Shown here: piece by piece, positions 1 through 12,072 of the stretch
How positions within the stretch are numbered: the first letter of the stretch is position 1
Layout of the letters: every line of letters begins with the position of its first letter
The notes under the pieces: model-generated
What the model was told of the DNA's origin: nothing
What the model saw: the letters and a program-made list of their open reading frames with translations, nothing else
The model's database searches: none
Position numbers and translations under genes: made by a program
Assembly (NCBI RefSeq): GCF_963921235.1
Contig: NC_086097.1
Coordinates: forward strand, 42,472,001 to 42,536,000
Direction of reading: 5' to 3'
From: Mobula hypostoma
Taxonomy: Eukaryota
DNA: 64,000 nucleotides

Positions 1-1397
1 GACCAGTTAGCCTCAGTGGTTGAGAAGATGTTAGGGTCAATTGATAAGGATGAGGTGATGGAGTACTTGGTGACACAGGACAAGGTAGTACAAAGTCAGT
101 ATGGTTTCCTTCAGGGAAAATTCTGCTTGACGAACCTGTTGGAATTCTTTGAGAAGGTTACAAGTAGGATCGATAAGAGGGATACAGTGAATGTTGTATA
201 TTTGGATTTCCAGAAGGCCTTTGACTAAGTGCCACACATCAGGCTGCTTACCAAGAAAAGAGCCCATGGTATTACAGGAAAGTTACTAACATGGTTAAAG
301 CATTGGCTGATTGGTAGGAGGCAGCCAGTGGGAATAAAAGGATCCTTTTCTGGTTGGCTGCCAGTGATTAGTAGTGTTCCACGGAGGTTGGTGTTGGGAC
401 CACTTCTTTTTATGCTGTATATAAATGATTTAGATGATAGAATAGATGACTTTGTTGCCAAGTTTGCAGATGATACAAGGATTGGTGGAGGGGCAAGTAG
501 TGTTGAGGAAGCAGGTAGGATGCAGAAGGACATAGACAGATTAGGAGAATGGGCAAGAAAGTGGCAAATGAAACACAATGTTGGAAAAAGCATGGTCATG
601 CACTTGGGTAGTAGAAATAAATGTGCAGATTATTTTCTAAACAGGGAGAAAATCTAGGAATCTGAGATACAGAGGGACTTGGGAGTCCTTGTGCAGAACA
701 CCCTGAAGGTTAATTTGCAGGCTGAGTTGGTGGTGAGGAAGGCAAATGCCATGTTAGCACTAATTTCAAGAGGTCTAGAATACAAGAGCACGGATGTGAT
801 GCTGAGGCTTTATAAGGCACTGGTGAGGCCTCACCTTGAGTATAGTGAACAGTCTGGGGGTCCTCATCTTAGAAGAGATGTGCTGGCATTGCAGAGGGTT
901 CAGAGGAGGTTCACAAGGATGATTCCAGGAACGGGAAAGGGTTATCATATGAGGAACATTTGATGGCTCTGGGTCTGTACTCGCTGGAATTCTGAAGAAT
1001 GAGGGAAGATCACATTGAGACCTTTCGAATGTTGAAAGGCCTAGACAGAGTAGATGTGGAAAGGATGTTTCCCATGGTGGCAGGGTCTAGGACAAGAGGG
1101 AACAGCCTCAAGATAGAGGGGCACCCTTTCAAAACAGAGATGCGAAGAAATTTCTTTAGCCAATGAGTGGTGGATTTGTGGAATTTGTTGCCACGTGCAG
1201 CTGTGGAGGCCAGGTCGTTGGATGCATTTAAGGCAGAGACTGATTGGTTCTTGATTGGACATGGCATCAAAGGTTATGGGGAGAAGGCTGGGAACTGGGG
1301 TTGAGGAGGAAGGAAATAAAAGGATCAGCCATGATTGAATGGTGGAGCAGATTCGATGGGCCAAATGGCCTGATTCTGCTCCCATGTCTTATGGTCT
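1..1397 (+). mobile_element. CR1 LINE, 3' part (RT domain and 3' UTR), decayed
   Basis: ORFs 16-963 carry YLDFQKAFD, LGPLLFMLYINDL, KFADDT and LYKALVRPHLEY motifs with stops and frameshifts; CR1-type 3' end ...ctcccatgtcttatggtct. Confidence 0.95.
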
Positions 1398-1558
1398 AAT
1401 ATTCTTGCTAGAGCGGCTTATTAAAATCTATAATCAATTATTTTTCTCTTTATTTTACAGTCTGCAATTCTTTTTCTCCCTCTTAATACAATCGTTGACA
1501 GAAAATTTGCAATTGAAAAGCAGGCCAATCAGCCCAACGTATTCCCACCTTCCAGTAC

Positions 1559-2101
1559 TACACTCGATGGCCACTTTATTAGGTACACCTGCTCATTAAT
1601 GTGAATGTCTAACCAGCCAATCATGTGGAAGCAACTCAATGTATATAATATGCAGACATGGTCAGGAGATTCAGTGTTGTTCAGCCCAAACATTAGAATG
1701 GGGAAGAAATGTGATCCAAGTGATTTTGACCGTGGAATGATTGGTGGTTCCAGAAAGGATGGTTTGAGTACCTGAAAAATGGCTGATCTCCTGGGGTTTT
1801 CATATACTGCAGTCTCTAGAGTTTACAGAGAATGGTGGGGGGAAAAAAAGCAAAAAAAAAAAAAATCCAGTCAGCAGCAGTTCTTTGGGAGGAAATGCCT
1901 TGTTAACGAGAGAGGTCAGAGGAGAATGGCCAGACTGGTTCAAGCTGATGGAAAGGCCACAGCAACTCGCATATCTATGCATTACAATAGTGGCGTGCAA
2001 AAGAGCATCTCTGAACGCGCAACACATTGAACCTTGAAGTGGATGGACTACAGCAGCGAAAGACCGTGAAAATGTACTTTGTGGCCACTTTATTAGGTAC
2101 A
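1559..2101 (+). mobile_element. Tc1/mariner non-autonomous remnant (TIR-like motif plus transposase N-terminal HTH fragment)
   Basis: ORF 1779-2030 ADLLGFSYTAVSRVYREW...GRKCLVNERGQRRMARLV...ISERAT is typical of fish Tc1 N-termini; tggccactttattaggtaca at 1568-1587 and 2082-2101. Confidence 0.85.
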
Positions 2102-3294
2102 AAGTGTGGGTACAAAGAACTTCAAGGCCTAGTTTTCCATGTACTTTTTAAATGTGATATTTATTTCCCTCTCAACTATCTGTTCAAAGGCAATGATTCC
2201 GTATCCCCACTACCCTTTGGATGAAATTATGTTTCTCATCTGCCTCTGCTTTAAATCTAGGCCTCCTGCTTTTATCCTGTTCCTAATGTCTAGCCCCCAT
2301 GTTCACCTCAGTGAAGCCTTCCCTCAAAAAGCCTTGTCAGCCTATCCAAGCTCTCATTATATTAGTTCCTAGTTCTTGAAGTATTGGAGCAAATCTCCTT
2401 TGGCACACTGTCCAGCATGTCTCATGTAACATGGTGACCACAACTAGTAATCAAAAATATCTGCAACATTTAACTCATGGAAAACCAATATAGACTAGAA
2501 TCTGACCAGAAATACTACACCAGCATTTTCTAACACAGCACTCACGAGCCTACGCTCAACTTTTCACCCAGACTGTAAACTGTACATTAAATTGGAGAAC
2601 TTATTTTCACACCCACAACAAAGCTTCTCTGGACCCCTGGAGTTACAAGTGATGAGGGCAGTGCCAGTTATGTCCAATTCTTTCCCCAATCACTCCGAAG
2701 GTGGTGAATATCAGACATCTCGCTCGATTTTGACCCATTTACCAACTGTTCAAAATGCTGATAAGATTTTTCTCAAACAGAACATTTTTGTTGTGCTAAC
2801 GGTCGTGACATCAAAAATTTCAATAGCAACATTTCATGGACGTGTAGCGGTATAGAGGATGAAGATGGTACAATCACAGTGGAAGGTGCTCAATCAAATT
2901 GTAACAGATGATTTCTTTAATATTTCATGAAAGAAGCACTCAAAGCAGACTTTAGCAATTTGTTGAAAGCTGTGGATTCCACATTATCATCATAGTGGGT
3001 TATGCCTACCTACAGCTAAAGAGTGGGTAATATTTGGAGTTAAGTAATAGTCTGAGAGGAAACTAAGAACATATTTAATCATATACGCCTTTGGGAATGG
3101 CTCTAGATGTAATAGCTAGAATGAGCTTGCTTTAGAATCAGAGTTAATAGCTACAGATTAAAACTAAGGCATAGTGAGATTTATACTTTATATCATCTAA
3201 TCTTTGGTAATTTCATATAGCATGTTATACCATTTGTGGTGTTTGTACTTTTATTATGTCATTTAGAATTTTTCTTTGAAATAAAAGAGAAGAT

Positions 3295-3680
3295 TGGTTG
3301 GTCGGGTTGGCTGCTTATTTGTAGGGTTGATTGCCAAGCTTGGAGGTTAGGTTGCAAACGTTTGGTCACCAGTCAAGGTGACACCATCAGTGCGTAACTG
3401 AGTGTTACTTCTGCCAAGTGCTCGCGTTTATATTGGTCCGACTCATTGTTCTGATTGGTTGGCTGTTGCTCTGGCCGCTAGTCTCCACTGAGTCTCGGCT
3501 GAGCGATCTCCACCGACCTGTATCCCTGGTTATCAGTTGTTGTGATCGTTAGTTCCTCAGGTGTCTGTGGCTCACCACTCAGCCTCAATCCCATGGATAT
3601 TATTTTCTTAATGAAATTTTGTAAGGATTCTGGACTGTGCTGGTCCGAAAACATTAATCTCATTGAGAAGGGTTCAGATC
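3295..3680 (-). mobile_element. Penelope-like pseudo-LTR remnant with degenerate hammerhead motif (3354-3394)
   Basis: Minus strand CACTGATGG-T-GTCACC-ttgact-GGTGAC-CAAACGTT: stem II perfect, core mutated from CUGAUGA/GAAA. Confidence 0.6.
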
Positions 3681-4149
3681 CGACTCAGAGGATAAGTGTT
3701 TAAAAGAGCTTTGAAATGGTATGCCGTTAACCCCACTGTGCTTTGTGATGTTATATGAAGTTGCAGGCTAAAAGCTAGAAAATGCAGATGATGAAAATTT
3801 TAAACAAAAACAGAAAATGGTAGAAGTACTCAGCAGGTCAGAAAGCATCTTAGAGAGAAAGATAGTTAACATTTAACATTAATAGGTTTTCATTCTAACT
3901 GGTTTTAACAATTTCTGTTTTTGATTCAACCTCAATATCCCTGATTTCATATTATGTGTCTTAATGAATAAATAAAAGCATCACAAGCCCATTAAGCCAC
4001 TACGTTAAACTGCCCTCCTACCTCTAAGCATCTGTGAACGCACACAGCAAGGTCCTTTTATTCCTTTACACTATTCAATCGTTGTGTTCCTCCATCTTCT
4101 TAAATTATCATGAACACTTGTGGGTGGATTAAATGTAATTGGCTGTTAC

Positions 4150-4402
4150 TCTACTGAAGTGACCAGACTATCTCAATCTTCCTGCACTTCTGCAGTCTAA
4201 AGCTTTCCGGTCACTGTCAACTGTAGTCAATACTAGTACATCTACAAACTCTTTTGCAATCCCTCCCACATTTAAATCTAAATCATTAATATATATTACA
4301 AGTAGCAAAGCGTCTGTACTGCAAACCCTTGCAAAGGGTCTGTGCTGCAAATCTTTGCAACAGGGTTGCAAAGAGTCCCCTGCAAACAGCCTAGTAGTCA
4401 CA
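4150..4402 (-). mobile_element. Highly decayed CR1 RT fragment
   Basis: LLVIYINDLDLNVGGIAKEFVD in ORF 4168-4401. Confidence 0.65.
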
Positions 4403-4849
4403 AAATGAATCTAATTATGGCCATACATTTCATTGTACTGCACTGCACTTTCTATGTATTCTACATTCTGTTCTTGTTTTTCCCTTATACGGAGCTACCT
4501 CAATGCACTGTCATAATGAAACAGTCCATATGAATGGCATAGAAAACAGTGTTTCACTGCACTTAAGTGCATATGACAAAAGTAAACCAATTTACCATAA
4601 AAATCCTGGCTTTAGATGCAATTTGCTCTGTTGTTTACACCTGTGAGCTTATGAGATTTTCTTAAAACCTTGCTAAGCACCACGGAAATCATATCAAACA
4701 CATTGGCCTCATCAACTGGCTTTGTTTTCTTTGCAAAAAAATTCAAACCCATTTATTGAGCATGAGCTCCCTTTAGCAAATCCATTCTAACTCTCTCTGA
4801 CATTTCCTCTTTGCTGACCATTGATCCAGATCACCAGCCAGACAGAACC

Positions 4850-6000
4850 TCAGTTCCATTCCCAGAACAATTTCAGGCTACGATACCCTCATCAGCAATG
4901 ACCCCAGAGCCCATGCAGTTCCCTTAATGCCGCGCCCCCCTCCCCCAAGAGCATGAGCATCAGGGGAGGAACAATTTGACTGCTTACTGCAGATCAGCCA
5001 ATCGCCCATGCATTAAATGTCCAATGCATTCAGGAAACAGCACCACAAGGTAGGGACAAGGGCGATTCTATCTGGTAAGCACCACCCCCCCCCCCCCGCC
5101 CCGGCCCCTCGTTCAGTCCCATAGTCTGAGGATCTGGTGGATTCCAGTGAAGCAGGCACCTTTCTGAAGCAGAATCCCTACTGAGCTGATCTCGCATCCC
5201 TTCTGTCTGGCTGGTGATTTGGAGCTGGGATGGTCAGTGCTCGCACGTGGCCTACGCAAATCAGCCTCCTCCAGGTACCACCCCTCCCCAAAACAATCTG
5301 TTCTCCCTCTCTCCTCCTGAGACCAGAGCCATGAATGACTCTATCACTGAGGCTCTATAGCACAGCTTCATTCGACCATCCCAGTCCCCTGCCGGTGTAG
5401 GAATCTTCTTTGTCTATAAGAAAGATGTTGGTCTTCTCAAAAACCAACTGCACTGCAAGTCAGAGAAATGCCAGTTCCACACCCAGTCATTTCATTCCTG
5501 GGTTATGCCCTCTCACCCCAAGGCATAAGCATGGACCCAGAGAAGGTGTGCGCCGTTATTGAATGGCCCTGACCGCGCTCCCTCAAACTGCTGCAGTGCT
5601 TCGTGGGCTCTCCAATTTCTACTGACGTTTCATCAGGAGCTACAGCCAAATCGCCGCTCCTCTCGGCTCCCTCAGCAAATCACCTAGTTCATGAATGATC
5701 TGGTCTGCTGCTGTTGACCACGCTTTTGAGGAGCTCAAGAGGCGTTTCACCGCCACTCCCATTCTCCGCAATCAGAACATCTCCAGACCTATCGTGGCAG
5801 AGGAGAATATCTGACAAGGGCACCGGAGCCATCCACTCCCAGCGAGGACTGGACAAGAAGACACAACCTTGTGTTTTCTACTCACGTAAGTTCAACTCTG
5901 CAACACTATTATGGAGTAGGAGACAGGGCCTTGGAGGAGTGGAGACATTGGCTGATGGAGAAACACAAAGCCCTTCCTGACAGAACACCAGATCCTAACA
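4850..6000 (+). mobile_element. Gypsy (Sushi-like) LTR retrotransposon pol remnant with internal deletions
   Basis: Manual translation gives IRPSQSPAGVGIFFVYKKD (~5370-5430), FLGY...MDPEKV, and RNase H-like PCVFYSRKFNSA...ALEEWRHWL; 5' boundary uncertain. Confidence 0.85.
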
Positions 6001-6313
6001 CCCCTGCCAATGAAGGCAAGAATGCCACATAATGCGTTACCACATTATCCCCCGATATCGCCACTTCCAGTGAATTTTTAACCTGAACACCAAGATGGTT
6101 CAGTACCTCAATGCTTTAAGGGGTCTACCATTAACTCATTATTCTCCATATGTCCATATCTGTAACTGTTCTATATCCGGCCATATTCATTGATAGTCTT
6201 TTAAATTTCAAAGTTCAAGTTCAAAGTACATTTATTATCAAAGTATGTATACATCATTCAACTTTGTGGTTTGTCTCTTAACAGGCAGCCACAAAACAGA
6301 GAAGCCCAAAAGA

Positions 6314-8046
6314 TTGGCAATTATAGGGATGACTTACAGTGGACTACCTTGGCGATTGTAGCAGTGACTTACAGCGGACTATCTTGGCGATTGTAGGGAT
6401 GACTTACAGCAGACTGAGAAGCTTGAGCATGTAGATATTAAGAAAGAGGATGTGCTGGAGCTTTTGGAAAGCATCAAGATGGATAAGTCACCGGGACCGG
6501 ATGAAATATACCCCAGGCTACTGTGGGAGGAGAGGGAGGAGATTGCTGAGCCTCTGGCAATGATTTTTGCATCACCAATGGGGACGGAAGAGGTTCCGGA
6601 GGATTGGAGGGTTGCGAATGTTGTTATATTATTCAAGAAAGGGAGTAGAGATAGCCCAGGAAATTATAGATCAGTGAGTCTTACTTCAGTGGTTGGTAAG
6701 TTGATGGAGAAGATCCTGAGAGGCAGGATTTATGAACATTTGGAGAGCCATAATATAATTAGGAATAGTCAGCATGACTTTGTGAAAGGCAGGTCAAGCG
6801 TTATGAGCCTGGTTGAATTTTTTGAGGATGTGACTAAACACATTGATGATGGTAGAGCAGTAGATGTAGTGTATATGGATTTCAGCAAAGCATTTGACAT
6901 GGTACCTCATGCAAGGCTCATTAAGAAAGTAAGGAGGCATGGGACCCAAGGCGAAATTGCTTTGTAGATCCAGAACTACCTTGCCTACAGAAGGCAAAGG
7001 GTGGTTGTAGACAGGTCATATTCTGCATGGAGGTCGGTCACCAGTGGTGTGCCTCAGGGATCTGTTCTGGGACCCCTACTCTTCATGATTTTTATAAATG
7101 ACCTGGATGAGGATGTGGAGGGATGGGTTAGTAAATTTGCTGATAACACAAAGGTTGGGTGTGCTGTGGATAGTGTGGAGGGCTGTCAGAGTTTACAGTG
7201 GGACATTGATACGATGCAAAACTGGGCTGAGAAGTGGCAGATGGAGTTCAACCCAGATAAGTGAGGTGGTTCATTTTGGTGGGTCAGATATGATGACAGA
7301 ATATAGTATTAATGGTAAGACTCTTGGCAGTGTGGATCATAAGGACATTGGGGTCCGAGTCCATTGGACACACAAAGCTGCTGTGCAGGTTGACTCTGTG
7401 GTTAAGAAGGCATACGGTGCATTGGCCTTCATCAACTGTGGGATTGAGTTTAAGAGCCCAGAGATAATGTTACAGCTATATAGGACCCTGGTCAGACCCC
7501 ACTTGGAGTACTGTGCTCAATTCTGGTCGCCTCACTACAGGAAGGATGTGGAAGCCATAGAAAGGGTGCAGAGGAGATTTACAAGGATGTTGCCTGGATT
7601 GGGGAGCATGCCTTATGAGAATAGGTTGAGTGAACTCGGCCTTTTCTCCTTGGAGCAACGGAGGATGAGAGGTGACCTGATAGAAGTGTATCAGATGATG
7701 AGAGGCATTGATCATGTGGATAGTCAGAGGCTTTTCCCCAGGGCAGAAATGGCTAGCATGAGAGGGCACAGTTTTAAGGTGCTTGGAAGTAGGTACAGAG
7801 GAGATGTCAGGGGTAAGAGTTTTACGCAGAGAGTGGTGAGTGCGTGGAATGGGCTGCCAGCGACAGTGGTGTAGGGGGATACGATAGGGTCTTTTAAGAG
7901 ACTCCTGGACAGATACATGGAGCTCAGAAAAATAGAAGGCTATGGGTAACCCTAGGTAATTTCTAAGGTAAGGACATGTTCAGCACAGCTTTGTGGGCCG
8001 AAGGGTCTGTATTGTGCTGTAGGTTTTCTATGTTTCTATGTTTCTA
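6314..8046 (+). mobile_element. 5'-truncated CR1 LINE (RT), (TTTCTATG)n tail
   Basis: ORFs 6452-7874: KSPGPDEIYPR, GNYRSVSLTS, DFSKAFD, GVPQGSVLGP, KFADNT, LEYCAQFWSP; tail 8025-8046. Confidence 0.95.
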
Positions 8047-8353
8047 ACCCACTTTAAGAAAAGAGGTCTGTCAAACACCCGATGTGCAGAGAAAACAAAT
8101 CATGCAAACAATAAACGCAAGCAAATAGTGTTGTGAACTAAAGTCCACAAAGAGAGTCTGTCCACAGACAGCAAGTTGAACCAACCGGTCCCCCACCATA
8201 GGCCCCGACACCCTGTCCTCTTCAGTCTGGCCCGGTGCCTAAGTCATCGTTTCAACATCAGGTTCAGTCGCTTCGACGCTGCCACTTCAATTCGGCCTGG
8301 ACCCGACCTTTCTAACACATCCCAGCACTTCACTCATTTCAACCTTGGGTCTT

Positions 8354-8466
8354 CCTCACTCTCGGCAACAGGCCCACTGCCTCACCTCGGCAACAGGCCC
8401 ATTGCCTCACTCTCGGCAACAGGCCCACTGCCTCACTTTCGGCAACAGGCCCACTGCCTCACCTCG
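8354..8466. repeat. ~26-bp minisatellite (cctcactctcggcaacaggcccactg) x4
   Basis: Four near-identical tandem units visible. Confidence 0.9.
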
Positions 8467-8649
8467 CCTCAGTTCTACTACATGCAGTTGCTTCCAAGAC
8501 CAAAGGGAAGTTACAGGCTATTGTTTGCAATGCTCATTTACCAGAAAAAGAATGATTAACAAGTATTTAGTTGTTTTCCTTGTTTCATTGGCCACCAGCC
8601 AGAAGTCGCTAAGCTACCCCAGTGCCATCTGAAACCGAAGTTTGTCCAC

Positions 8650-9050
8650 CACTTCATGAATCTTGGTGTCATTTACAAACTTGATAATTCATCCACTGAT
8701 ACACCTTTTCATCTAAATCATTGTCACAAACAAAAGGTCTCAGCACCAATCCTTACAGAACAGCTCTGGCCATGGATCTCCAGCCAGAATAATGGCATTC
8801 CATCTGTATTCTCTGTCTTGTATGGGCAAGCCAGTGCTAATCCAAACTTGGAATTCATCCTGTATCCTGTGCGTTTTGATATTCTGAACCACCAACCTAC
8901 CATGAGGAAATATCAAATGTCTTTGAGAAGTCAAGCGGGTGACATCCACTGGCTCACCCTCATCAAGTTCCTTTGTCACCCAGACAAAAAGACATGATCA
9001 AGTTTGTAAAGCCTGACCCACTCTGCAAAAAACCATGCTGACTGGCCCTC
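8650..9050 (-). mobile_element. Decayed CR1 RT fragment
   Basis: SQHGFLQ and TKELDEGEPVDV...PHGRLV remnants. Confidence 0.7.
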
Positions 9051-9052
9051 AG

Positions 9053-10170
9053 CAGAATCAGAATCAGGTTTATTACTGCGAATATTGATTTTGAAATTCG
9101 TGGTTTTGCAGCAGCAGTACAGTGCAAGACATAAAATTTACTGTTACAAGAAAATAGCACAAAAGAGAAACAGTGAGGCAGTGTTAATAGGTTAAATTTA
9201 AAGTTCAAAGTAAATTTATCATCAAAGTACATATATGTCACCATATACAACCCCCTGAGATTCATTTTCTTATGTGCATACACAGTAATTCCAAGAAACA
9301 CAATATAATCATTTAAAGACAACACCCAATAGACAGGACAAGCAACCAATGTACAAAGGACGACAAACTGTGGGAATACGAAAAAGAGAAAAATAAATAA
9401 ACAATAAATATTGAAAAAATGAGATGAAGAGTCCTTGAAAGTAAGTCCATAGGTTATGGGAACAGTTCAGAGATGAGTTGAGCGAAGTTATCCCCTCTGG
9501 TCCAACAGCCTGATGGTTGAGTTGAAATAACTATTCTTGAACCTGGCGGAGTGAGTCCTGAGGCTCCTGTACCTCTTCCTGATACAGCAGTGAGAAAAGA
9601 GCATGGCCTACGTGGTGGGGTCCTTGATGATGGATGCTACTTTCCCACAACAGTGCTCCATGTAGATGTGCTCAGTGGTGGGGAGGCTTTACCCATGATG
9701 GACTGGGCCATATGCACTACTTTTTGTAGGCTTTTCCATTCTAAGACAATGGTGTTTCCATACCAGACTGTGATGCAACCAGTCAATAAACACTCCACCA
9801 CACATTTATAGAAGTTTGTCAGGGTCTTAGATGTCATGCAGAATCTTCACAAACTTCAGAGGAAGTAAAGGAATTGCCATGCTTTCTTCATAAATGTACC
9901 TACTCCTGAACCTAGGGCAGTTCTCTGAAATTATAACACCAAGGAATTTTAAATTGGCTTACCCTCTCCACCTCTGGTCCCCTGATGAAGACTGGCTCAT
10001 GCACCTCTGATTTCTTCCTCCTGAAGTCAATAATCAGCTCCTTGGTCTTTGTGACAGAAAGTGATAGTGGAGGGGAAGAAGTTGTTCCAAAAACATTGAA
10101 TGTGGGTCTTTAGGTTCCTGAAGCTCTTCCTCAATGGTAGTAATGAGAAGAGGGCATGCTTTTCCAATGT
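9053..10170 (-). mobile_element. Rex1/Babar LINE 3' fragments (stacked)
   Basis: KTLTNFYKCVVECLLTGCITVWYGN (9637-9837); (CTGATT)n and (TTTGAAC)n-like tails. Confidence 0.85.
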
Positions 10171-11297
10171 GAATAAATCCTGTCCCTCAATATCCTCTCC
10201 AATTGCTTCCCTTCCACTAATGTTGGGTTCTCTATCGATCATTCTAGTCCCAGATTTCAGATTTCTCAGAGCTTTCTCTTCCAGCACTTGTCCTGAACTG
10301 AAGAAGCAATGATGAAGTGGGATTTCTCCCAATAGTTCTTATTGTACATAAAATTTCACAAAAATATTGTACAGTGGATATGACAAATGCTGGATGCAGA
10401 TAGAGCATCTTTAATTGCACCTTGTTTCCTGCAACAACATATCTCTTTAACAGGACTTGGCTGATTTAATGTTACTGACAGTTTAATGAAACTAGGAAGG
10501 TAGAGCGCTGAGATCAGTATGATCAGTCAACTCAACTTACACCTGTTAAAATGATCTGTAATTCAAAGCTTCTCTGATGCTGGAGTGTTGCTTCATTATC
10601 CTCAGGCTATGTGCTAAAATGTGACCCTGGCAACTGCCTGCAGATTAATATAGTGGTTTAGTCTATTCATGAAGAGATCCAGCACTTTATGTTCAGAGCA
10701 ATAATTGATTCATGAGGCATCCACCCTTAGACTCAAATAAAGGTAAAGTGTGGATTAAAAATATGAGCGGTAACTTATAATGGGCCTTTCCCAAGTCAAA
10801 TGAATTAGAAGATAAAATTTCTCACTATAACTTCTGAAATCAGGAGCAATCCTTTATATTTTATCGAGTGTTCAGATTGTGTAATCATAGCTCATCTATA
10901 AAATGACACATATAGATCATCTCTGTGAGGATAATTATTTTATTGCTGGTTTGCTTGTTTACCTGGCTTGAGATGATAAGACATAGGGACAAAATTAGGC
11001 CATTCAGCCCATCGAGTCTGCTCCACCATTCCATCATGGCTAATCCCAGATCCCACTCAACACCATACACCTGCTTTCTTGCCATATCCTTTGATGCCCT
11101 GACCGATCAGGAAATGATCAACTTCCATCTTAGATATACACACAGGCTTGGCCTCCACTGCAGTCTGCGGCAGAGCATTCCACAGGTTTACTACTCTCTG
11201 CCTAAAAAAATTCCTCCTTATCTCTGTTCTAAAGGGTCATCCCTCAAGGTTAAGGCTTTGCTCTCCAGTTCTGGAAACCCCCACCACAGGAAACATC

Positions 11298-11987
11298 TGG
11301 AGGGGGAGGAGAAGATGGAAGCGCGATGCAGCGCGCGCGGCCACTCCGAATTGATATTGTATTTGTGAAGTAGGATGCCGTGCACAATCCTGATTTGATG
11401 GAGACAGCCGTGAGAAGCACGGAGGAACATCAGGAGAAACTTCTGAAATGCCTACTTCGCTGCCACTGCTACTGTGCGATCGAGAATCTCCAAGGGGAAG
11501 GCCCCAAATCCTCGGCTTTGCCTATTGCCTGTTGCCGGGGCCGGGGTTGAAGCGCTCAGCAGAGATGGTACTCGGTGCTCGGTGTCAGAGAGCTGGTCAG
11601 AGGCTCGAAGTTTTCGGATGGACTCGGAGTCGGACTGTGGTCGGGTGCTTCCGGGATGCTGCATCGGCAAGTTTGCGGCGTTGGAAGCTCATGGCGGGAA
11701 GAGTTTTCCTCCTTCAACTGTCTGCATGAGATGATGGGACTTTCGAGAGACTTTGAGACATTTTTTACTGTGCCATGGTCTGTTCTTCTATCAAATTACA
11801 GTGTTGCTTGCACTGTTGTAACTATATGTTATAATTATGTGGTTTTTGTCAGATTTTTTAGTCTTGGTTGTCTTGTGTTTCTGTGATATCATCCTGGAGG
11901 AACAAATTGTATCATTTCTTAATGCATGCATTACTAAATGACAATAAAAGAGGACTGCGTGTCCTCATAATCTAATCTAATCTAATC
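11298..11987 (+). mobile_element. ~690-bp non-autonomous retroelement with (TAATC)n tail
   Basis: Interrupts CR1 ggaaacat|cctttccac; CpG-rich 5' part with AAGATGG; gacaataaa followed by taatctaatctaatc; 3' part recurs at 16782-16947. Confidence 0.8.
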
Positions 11988-12072
11988 CTTTCCACATCAA
12001 CCCTATCTAGTCCTTTCAACATTCGGTAAGTTTCAAAGAGATCCCCTCACATTCTTCTAAATTCCAGTGAGT

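Larger units (their letters stand above)
6208..8631 (-). mobile_element. Non-autonomous Rex-tailed retroelement split by CR1 insertion 6314-8046
   Basis: 6208-6312 joined to 8047 onward is colinear with the uninterrupted copy at 31195-31570; 5' end CAGATGGC at 8631-8624. Confidence 0.6.

Noticed and set aside
8354..8466. CRISPR-like array (also 6314-6415 and 61985-62034)
   Set aside because: Head-to-tail tandem units without unique spacers, in a vertebrate TE context with no cas genes.
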